In this document: one piece after another, positions 57,364 through 64,000 of the stretch
Position numbering within the stretch: position 1 is the stretch's first letter
Layout of the letters: every line of letters starts with the position of its first letter
NCBI GenBank assembly: GCA_964493865.1
Contig: CAZBPS010000010.1
Location: forward strand, 17,051-81,050
Direction of reading: 5' to 3'
DNA length: 64,000 nt
Source of the DNA: an uncultured Flavipsychrobacter sp.
GTDB lineage: Bacteria > Bacteroidota > Bacteroidia > Chitinophagales > Chitinophagaceae
The notes under the pieces: generated by a model
The model's database searches: none
What the model saw: only the letters and a program-made list of their open reading frames with translations
Told to the model about the DNA's origin: nothing
Made by a program: the position numbers and the translations under genes

Positions 57364-57870
57364 ATGAAAATAATTTCAACAGTTTTTTTACTATTAACGG
57401 GTATCGTCGCAATGGCGCAAAGTACCTATGAGGTATTAAAAGACCCAAAAAACGGGCAGGTGGTTTTTAAAGGCCCGGTTACATTTGATGACCTGCAAAA
57501 GGAACTATCATTCGACTGGCTGAAAAGCGGCTGCGATAGCTATAAGCCAAATCAGAAAAAAATAAAAAATCTGCGTGCGCAGTTACCTGTTTGTTCTATT
57601 ATAGTATTTATGGGAACCTGGTGCAGCGATACGCATGAGTTACTGCCAAAGTTTTATAAAGTGCTGCAAGAAACGGGATTCCCGATGGATGAGGTAGCTA
57701 TGTATGGCGTGGAGCGGGAAAAAACGACCCGAAGCGAACTGCTACAAAAGTATGCCATCACTAACCTGCCAACAATAATAGTAATGAAGGGTGGGGCAGA
57801 AGCAGGCCGCATAACAGAGACCGTGAAAAAGAGTGTAGAAAGTGATTTGTTAAAGATAGTGGGAAAGTGA
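57364..57870 (+). CDS. Exported thioredoxin-fold protein
   Basis: Signal peptide; VFMGTWCSDT, ITNLPTIIV, GRITE. Confidence 0.82.
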   Translation: MKIISTVFLLLTGIVAMAQSTYEVLKDPKNGQVVFKGPVTFDDLQKELSFDWLKSGCDSYKPNQKKIKNLRAQLPVCSIIVFMGTWCSDTHELLPKFYKVLQETGFPMDEVAMYGVEREKTTRSELLQKYAITNLPTIIVMKGGAEAGRITETVKKSVESDLLKIVGK

Positions 57871-57937
57871 CCGCACGATGGCGGCCTGCGTAGCAGCGTC
57901 TACTCTGAGGTTCAGACTAAATAACTACTTTTGTTTT

Positions 57938-59410
57938 ATGGAATTACCGGAGCATTTATCCATTGATTTTTTTAAAAAAGAAATCATGGGCGACCTCGAC
58001 TTGTCAGTTGGGGCAATAAGCCGCATTACACACAACAGGCAATACCTTGATAACATACTGAAGGATGGCAAAACGTATTATGGCATTAATACGGGTTTTG
58101 GCTCGCTGTGCCATGTGCAGGTGAAAGACCATGAGCTGGAGCAACTGCAGGAAAACCTTGTTTGTTCACATGCCTGCGGTATGGGCAATGAAGTGCCGCA
58201 AGAGATAGTGCGCCTGATGCTGCTGCTGAAAGTACACGGGCTTAGCCAGGGATATAGCGGCGTGCGCCCGGAGATAGTGCAGCGTCTGGTAGACTTTTAT
58301 AACCTCGGTATATTACCGGTAGTGTATGAGCTGGGCTCATTGGGTGCATCCGGAGACCTGGCACCGCTGGCACATTTGTGTTTGCCGATACTTGGAAAAG
58401 GAGAGGTGAATTACAAAGGAGAGCGAGTAGCAGCAGCGGTGGCCTTGCAGCGTGAGGGGTTAAAGCCGATGTCGCTGGCGGCGAAAGAGGGTCTTGCATT
58501 GCTGAATGGCACACAGTTCATGAGCTCCTATATAACATGGAGCCTGGTGGAGGCTAAGAGGTTGCTGGTGTGGGCGGATGTGATAGGGGCACTATCGGCA
58601 GACGGGTTTATGGCAAAGGATGAGCCTTTCAAATCGCCGATACACAGGGTGCGCCCACATAAGGGGCAAATAGACACTGCCGCAAGGATACTGGAACTAT
58701 TAAAAGGCAGCGAGATACAAAAGTTGCACAAAGCACAGGTGCAGGACCCGTATTCGTTCAGGTGTATGCCGCAGGTGCATGGCGCAACAAAGGATGTGGT
58801 GGATACCGTGAATAAGGTTGTTGAAACAGAAATAAACTCTGTGACCGACAACCCGATCGTTTTTCATGATGAGGGCGAGATAATGAGCGGGGGCAACTTT
58901 CATGGGCAAACGCTGGCGCTACATGCCGATTTTCTTGCGATAGCTATGGCAGAGCTGGCAAATATATCGGAGCGCAGAACGTACTTGCTCGTGAGCGGAC
59001 AGCGGGGGCTGCCACCATTTCTGGCACCCAATGCCGGATTGAACAGCGGTTTCATGATTGCGCAATATACGGCCGCGGCCATTGTGAGCCAGAACAAACA
59101 ATTGTGCACACCGGCATCTGTGGATAGCATAGTGAGCAGCAACGGGCAGGAAGACCACGTGAGCATGGGTGCTAATGCTGCTACCAAATTACGACAGGTG
59201 ATTATGAATGTGCGGCGGGTACTGGCAATTGAGCTGCTTACAGCAGCACAGGCGCTGGAGTTGAGAAGGCCGCATAAGTCTTCTCCTGTGCTGGAAGAGG
59301 TGTATAGTGCATTGCGTAAGGAGGCTACTTTTATGGCGGAAGATGAAGTGCTGCATGATAAACTGATAGCGGCTGAAAAATATTTATCAAATGAACCACC
59401 AATAAAATAA
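57938..59410 (+). CDS. hutH: Histidine ammonia-lyase
   Basis: YYGINTGFG, MIO tripeptide SLGASGDLAPLAH, KEGLALLNG, QDPYSFRC, SGGNFHG, EDHVSMG; start set to ATG 57938. Confidence 0.96.
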   Translation: MELPEHLSIDFFKKEIMGDLDLSVGAISRITHNRQYLDNILKDGKTYYGINTGFGSLCHVQVKDHELEQLQENLVCSHACGMGNEVPQEIVRLMLLLKVHGLSQGYSGVRPEIVQRLVDFYNLGILPVVYELGSLGASGDLAPLAHLCLPILGKGEVNYKGERVAAAVALQREGLKPMSLAAKEGLALLNGTQFMSSYITWSLVEAKRLLVWADVIGALSADGFMAKDEPFKSPIHRVRPHKGQIDTAARILELLKGSEIQKLHKAQVQDPYSFRCMPQVHGATKDVVDTVNKVVETEINSVTDNPIVFHDEGEIMSGGNFHGQTLALHADFLAIAMAELANISERRTYLLVSGQRGLPPFLAPNAGLNSGFMIAQYTAAAIVSQNKQLCTPASVDSIVSSNGQEDHVSMGANAATKLRQVIMNVRRVLAIELLTAAQALELRRPHKSSPVLEEVYSALRKEATFMAEDEVLHDKLIAAEKYLSNEPPIK

Positions 59411-59434
59411 GTAGCCCCTTAAGGGGTTTGGGGT

Positions 59435-60328
59435 ATGAACTACATCGTTTTTCTGTGTTATGGTTATGAAAGGGTGTTTCATGAGTGTGCGTATGCTTTG
59501 CTGTCGCTATCTAGGCTGTATGCGTCATCAGCTTTAAAGAATACGGAATTATGGATATACACCGATAATGCAGACTGGTTCCGTTCGTTCAAAGATTGTC
59601 CGTTACCACTAAACTATAGGGAGGTAGATAGCGCCACCATAAAACAATGGCGGGGACAGATAGACTTTGTGCACAGGGTGAAGATAGAAGTGCTGAAAGA
59701 CATGGTACAAAATAAACAAGGCAATATATTTTATGCAGATACAGATGTGGTATTTACCCGAGGTATTGACAAAGTATTTGCTGACATAGCAGATGGAAAA
59801 TTGTACATGCATATAAGGGAAGGGAGGGTGAGCGACAAGGGCAACCCTATTCTCAGAAAACTGAATGACCACCTGGTTAGTGCTGATTTAAAGCTGAATG
59901 GGAAACCACTGAATGAAATGGCTATGTGGAACGCCGGCGTTTTAGGGTTTAATACCGCTAATACCCATTTATTGAATGAGGTACTTGCATTTACAGACAG
60001 GCAATATCCCAAATTTCCGAAACATGTGGTGGAACAGTTTGCGTTCTCCGCATATTTTCAGGATAAAGACAGCATAAAAGCGGCGGCCCCATACATCTTT
60101 CATTATTGGAACCTGAAGGAAGCAGGAATAGTGCTGGCATCTTTTTTCAACTATTTTAAAGATAAAGGCTGGGCGGAACTTGTAAAATACAGTGCGCTGA
60201 TACAGATGGAAAACCTGATGCAGGAAAAACTTGTTTTCTATAATAACCGTGGCGTGGCCGGTATTATTGCCGGGAAGAAATGGGAAGCTACAGGCTATGA
60301 CTGGGTAGAAATGCTTACCCAGCTATAA
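59435..60328 (+). CDS. Hypothetical GT-A-fold (nucleotide-diphospho-sugar transferase-like) protein
   Basis: IYTD, HRVKIEVL, YADTDV (DxD), WNAGVLG, VEQFAFS, HYW. Confidence 0.6.
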   Translation: MNYIVFLCYGYERVFHECAYALLSLSRLYASSALKNTELWIYTDNADWFRSFKDCPLPLNYREVDSATIKQWRGQIDFVHRVKIEVLKDMVQNKQGNIFYADTDVVFTRGIDKVFADIADGKLYMHIREGRVSDKGNPILRKLNDHLVSADLKLNGKPLNEMAMWNAGVLGFNTANTHLLNEVLAFTDRQYPKFPKHVVEQFAFSAYFQDKDSIKAAAPYIFHYWNLKEAGIVLASFFNYFKDKGWAELVKYSALIQMENLMQEKLVFYNNRGVAGIIAGKKWEATGYDWVEMLTQL

Positions 60329-62557
60329 TCAGCGGAGCATACGCACCAGCGCATCAACTGCCGCATTGTTCTCCGGCATATTTATTGATTCGTAAATATC
60401 GTCCTTCTCTTTTTGGGTGAGGTGGAAATTGAGTGCAGCAGCTTTTTTCGATTCCTTGGGCACGTACTGCAGTGTTATATACTTCAGCTTGCCATTCATG
60501 GCCGCCGGTGCAAGGTCTTTCAGATAATTGTAAGAGTACGATTGCATGGCCTCCCATTTGTTCTGTATAATAAAAACCGGGTCAATGAACATATCTGCGA
60601 GCGATGTTTCCTCTGATGCGTGGCCTACGTCACTTTCGCGCGTATCGCGTATTTGCAGAAGGATTACTTCGCGTGTGTTTTTTAGAATCCATTCCCTCAT
60701 GGTGTAAATGTATCTGGAGGCCAGTTCAGCCCCGAAATTATCAGTAAGCCCGGCATCCATTATATTCATCAGTGGTTGGCTGGGCAATTTTACAATGGGT
60801 AGTACAAAAGGGAATGTAGCGTTCATCCGCAATGCGGAGGTAAGACGAAGGTTATACGGGTTCTGCCGGGCAAAAAGCGTGGCAAAATCTACAGCATCAA
60901 TAGAAGGCAGCCGTTCTACGGTTGCATATTCAGGTTGTGTCAGGTATCCCACAGGCTGGTTGGAGATAAGAAGCTTTCTTCCATCATTCATTATGGTACT
61001 GCTGATAAGCAGTAAGGGTATTTGTCCGGTAGCCTCCCTTGTTTTAAAAAACCCGATATTTCTGTCCAGCAGGCCATCAGTGTTCCGGGCCATTTCACGC
61101 TCCATGGCATAGCCCCTGTCGCGGGTATAAGTATAGCCGGCAACGGATATTTTGTTGAAAGGCGAAATTAGGTCAACGCTGGCAAGAGAGAATACAATAG
61201 GGTTAAGCAGGTCTTTGCCTATGTTCTCCTGATACTCCAGCGCATACGGGTTTTTTATTACGCCCTGCTGCCACGCATCGTGCAGGCTGCGCCAGTATGC
61301 TGCACCCATCATGCCCCCCGATGCCCCGGTAATCAATACGGTATTACTGAACAGGTGACCGTTGGTAGCGCTGTCGATATATTGCAATGTGCGGAATGTC
61401 CAGTATGCGGAGCGGGAACCGCCGCCGCTTACGGATACCACCACAAGCGGGGGCAGGCCAGGCTCTGATACCGATTTGTTCTTCCATAATTGCAGGCGGG
61501 CTTCTTCCAGGCTTCGGTCATTGATAAATCGCTGCGGAGTGAATGTCTTCCGGAGTTTATCGTAATTATAATCCGGCTGTTTGCCTTCTTCCTGCCGGTA
61601 GTTAAGCCCGTAGGCGATGCTCCTGAGGTCGAATAATTTATACTTTACCATTGCCGAAAGCAGCAGGACGAAAACCACCCAACCTATAGTTTCCCAGCTT
61701 TTCAGGAAATATTTGAACGCGCCCACCACGCCCATAAGTATGGCGAACAATAAAAGGAAGCCCGCGCCGGCAGGTACTCGCAGCAAGGGCTTTTCCATAA
61801 ACACACCCATGAGCAACAGCAGCACATAGGATATCAGTGCGGCAAAAATCACATTGCGGTGGTGGCGGCGAAGCACGGTGTTCATCACCCTGGGATGGTA
61901 GGGCTCTATATCTGATATTTCTTCTACCCTTAGTTTTACGGAGATATAAGAACGGGCGGGCAGTATATCAATTTCGTAATCTAGGGAATCGTATGGGATA
62001 AGTCCCCGTATGCGCGACGGGTTGGTGATGGTGGTGAGTACGGTTTTAAAAAAGTCGCGGCTCACCCGGAAAAAATATATGAACGAGATAAGCACAATGA
62101 CCAGGATACCGAGGTAGAACCCAAGCTGCAGCAGCAATATTTGTTTCAAAGGGGTCTGCTCATCATACCACTGGAATTTGATGGCCACGACAGAATAAAA
62201 AACCAGGAAAGCAACGGGAATGATAGCGTTATTGAACGTGTACACAACAAATGCCAGCCGTGTGGCGCCCATATAGGGTATGCGCTTGCTGTGTATAATG
62301 AATGTGGTGATGTGCCACGTCATTATGAACACACACATGGCGCAGCCCAGCAAAAAGGAACTGACGAAATTGATACCACCTAAATATTCGGGAGCGAGAA
62401 ACAAAGATGACGCGCCGAAGTGTGATGCGAAATTGCCCGTAATGGTGAGCAGTAACACCAGCCAGAAAAATAACAGCAACTGGTATTTACGGAAGTGAAG
62501 CAGCAAAAGCTGTACCGGTAAAAAATAATATATACCCTTCAGCAACCTCTTCATCAA
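60329..62557 (-). CDS. Multi-pass membrane protein with a C-terminal patatin-like phospholipase domain
   Basis: SGGGSRSA, nucleophile motif GASGG, catalytic-Asp region MDAG. Confidence 0.85.
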   Translation of the reverse strand: MMKRLLKGIYYFLPVQLLLLHFRKYQLLLFFWLVLLLTITGNFASHFGASSLFLAPEYLGGINFVSSFLLGCAMCVFIMTWHITTFIIHSKRIPYMGATRLAFVVYTFNNAIIPVAFLVFYSVVAIKFQWYDEQTPLKQILLLQLGFYLGILVIVLISFIYFFRVSRDFFKTVLTTITNPSRIRGLIPYDSLDYEIDILPARSYISVKLRVEEISDIEPYHPRVMNTVLRRHHRNVIFAALISYVLLLLMGVFMEKPLLRVPAGAGFLLLFAILMGVVGAFKYFLKSWETIGWVVFVLLLSAMVKYKLFDLRSIAYGLNYRQEEGKQPDYNYDKLRKTFTPQRFINDRSLEEARLQLWKNKSVSEPGLPPLVVVSVSGGGSRSAYWTFRTLQYIDSATNGHLFSNTVLITGASGGMMGAAYWRSLHDAWQQGVIKNPYALEYQENIGKDLLNPIVFSLASVDLISPFNKISVAGYTYTRDRGYAMEREMARNTDGLLDRNIGFFKTREATGQIPLLLISSTIMNDGRKLLISNQPVGYLTQPEYATVERLPSIDAVDFATLFARQNPYNLRLTSALRMNATFPFVLPIVKLPSQPLMNIMDAGLTDNFGAELASRYIYTMREWILKNTREVILLQIRDTRESDVGHASEETSLADMFIDPVFIIQNKWEAMQSYSYNYLKDLAPAAMNGKLKYITLQYVPKESKKAAALNFHLTQKEKDDIYESINMPENNAAVDALVRMLR

Positions 62558-62627
62558 TCGGTTCGTTTAATTATCAAGCTACGGAAAATATAGAATACAA
62601 ATGATTCTTTATTGTTTTTTAACTAGG

Positions 62628-63410
62628 CTACAGGAGAAGGAACTTATCCGCATCATTCAGGAATGGCAACTTCATCCTTACTTTTTGTAGCACATCTTTT
62701 TCAAGGGTCACAGTATGGCATGCCCTTTCATTTGCTTTTTGCCATAGCTGTTCGCCCAACGGGCCAAACACACTGCTCTCTCCTATATAGTTAAAACCCT
62801 TGCCGTCTTTGCCCACCCGGTTCACGCCCACCACATAGCTCTGGTTTTCTATAGCCCGGGCTTGCAGCAGGGTGCGCCAGGCAAGGCTGCGTGGTTCGGG
62901 CCAGTTGGCTACATACAGCAGCATATCGTATTCATCGCCTTGGTTGCGCGCCCATACCGGGAACCGGAGGTCGTAGCAGACCATTAGGTTTATGCGCCAG
63001 CCGTTCACGCTGGTTATCAGCCGCTTACTGCCGGGGGTATAGTGCTTGTCCTCATCGGCATAGGCAAACAAGTGGCGTTTATCGTAGGTGCCAATGCGCC
63101 CATCCGGCTGCACCCACAACATCCGGTTATAAAATTTTCCATCCTCTTCTATCATCAGGCTGCCCGTGAGTATGCAGCGGTAACGGACAGCCATATCGGC
63201 CATCCACTTTACGGAGGGTCCCCCCATAGGCTCTGCCAGCCGCTCGGGTGCCATACTGAAACCCGTACTGAACATTTCAGGCAGCACCACCACATGCTTA
63301 TTACCGGCAATGCCTGCTATCATTTCTTCATATTGCTGCAGGTTGGCCTCTTTGTTCTCCCATACTATATCGGACTGTATGAGCGTTATATGTAATTGTT
63401 CTCCGGGCAT
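62628..63410 (-). CDS. Carbon-nitrogen hydrolase (omega-amidase, YafV-like)
   Basis: LPEMFSTGF, YDKRHLF, VCYDLRFP, ARAIENQ. Confidence 0.93.
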   Translation of the reverse strand: MPGEQLHITLIQSDIVWENKEANLQQYEEMIAGIAGNKHVVVLPEMFSTGFSMAPERLAEPMGGPSVKWMADMAVRYRCILTGSLMIEEDGKFYNRMLWVQPDGRIGTYDKRHLFAYADEDKHYTPGSKRLITSVNGWRINLMVCYDLRFPVWARNQGDEYDMLLYVANWPEPRSLAWRTLLQARAIENQSYVVGVNRVGKDGKGFNYIGESSVFGPLGEQLWQKANERACHTVTLEKDVLQKVRMKLPFLNDADKFLLL

Positions 63411-63529
63411 AAGCTGATGCGTTGGGGAAATTTCAATGAAATTAAAGAAATAGCATCAATTTACAATTGATATAACGTATTGTTCGATTAAATTTGTCAG
63501 AAATCAATAGGCATATCCTTGGGCGGGTA

Positions 63530-64000
63530 ATGAATATGAATAAGATACTTTTTTTCTTTATGCTGCTGATACCCATATCTGCGCAATGTGTTGACAAACG
63601 CAAACCTAAGCCTATGCCCGTGAGCAGGTGGCGGGAAATACAGCGGATGAAAGCAGATTCTACCATTGTGCCTTTTAATGATACCATGTTCATTTGGTTC
63701 AAAAGGAAAGACACTTTTCAGTATAACGTGAAGAACGGGTTTATATACAAGGGTGTTTACACAATAAACGAAGACAGCATACTTGATTTCGGTACTGCAA
63801 GGTATAAGATAGCTGAAAGAATGCCATTAAAACTGGTGCTTACCAGCGTAGAAGGTATTTTTCATTTCATCAGGGATTCATCGGATACCGCAAAAGTTAT
63901 TGTGCTGGATAAGGAAGAGAAACTGCTGCCCGTGACGCATATAGACCAGATGATAGGGAAATGGTCGGTGTACAGGAGGGAGGTAAAGGAAAAGGCATCC
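63530..64000 (+). CDS. Exported hypothetical protein, 3'-truncated by the window edge
   Basis: Manual translation MNMNKILFFFMLLIPISAQCVDKRKPKP...; the frame is open to base 64000. Confidence 0.7.
   Translation, partial: MNMNKILFFFMLLIPISAQCVDKRKPKPMPVSRWREIQRMKADSTIVPFNDTMFIWFKRKDTFQYNVKNGFIYKGVYTINEDSILDFGTARYKIAERMPLKLVLTSVEGIFHFIRDSSDTAKVIVLDKEEKLLPVTHIDQMIGKWSVYRREVKEKAS

Noticed and set aside
63442-63714. 90-aa minus-strand ORF
   Set aside because: Antisense shadow of the signal-peptide ORF starting at 63530.
1-64000. Numerous 60-240 aa ORFs nested antisense or out of frame in assigned genes (e.g. 12155-12871, 41376-42017, 7487-8080, 8949-9488)
   Set aside because: Shadow frames of well-supported genes, with no motifs of their own.
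1-64000. tRNA, rRNA, tmRNA or riboswitch
   Set aside because: No cloverleaf or known conserved RNA signature was recognised by eye in any intergenic gap; a covariance-model search was not possible.

Overview
Chromosomal segment of a Bacteroidota bacterium, most likely Chitinophagaceae-like. Support for this: TAnnTTTG promoter boxes, three type IX secretion (T9SS) cargo proteins, DUF5723/DUF2892/DUF6132-type genes and the housekeeping gene set. The window probably lies at the replication origin: four parS-like 16-mers cluster around mnmG (46.4-50.3 kb), and an 0.8-kb AT-rich gap between nadA and a PpiD/SurA-like gene (53.65-54.47 kb) is dense in DnaA boxes. The housekeeping backbone (polA, kbl, photolyase, UvrD-nuclease, pdxJ, apaG, recX, mnmG, nadA, hutH) is interspersed with accessory blocks. 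(1) Three tandem membrane-anchored arylsulfotransferase-like paralogues with stepwise loss of catalytic residues, followed by an unannotated small membrane ORF. (2) A RAYT/Y1 transposase with GTAG-REP palindromes beside it, inside its own CDS and, as a relic, inside a neighbouring nonsense-interrupted gene. (3) A conserved five-box GTGAGCAA element plus a hairpin, repeated collinearly upstream of two unrelated genes 30 kb apart. (4) A compact switch: a self-cleaving S24/CI-like repressor whose tandem operators cover a consensus promoter driving a stand-alone DnaA domain IV protein, a small basic peptide and DUF4406. This is the best candidate for an undescribed system. (5) A Crp/Fnr-linked rhodanese/CoA-disulfide reductase/thioredoxin cluster. 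(6) A RelE/ParE toxin-antitoxin pair. No rRNA, tRNA or CRISPR array was recognised. All product calls come from motif recognition by eye; no database search was run.
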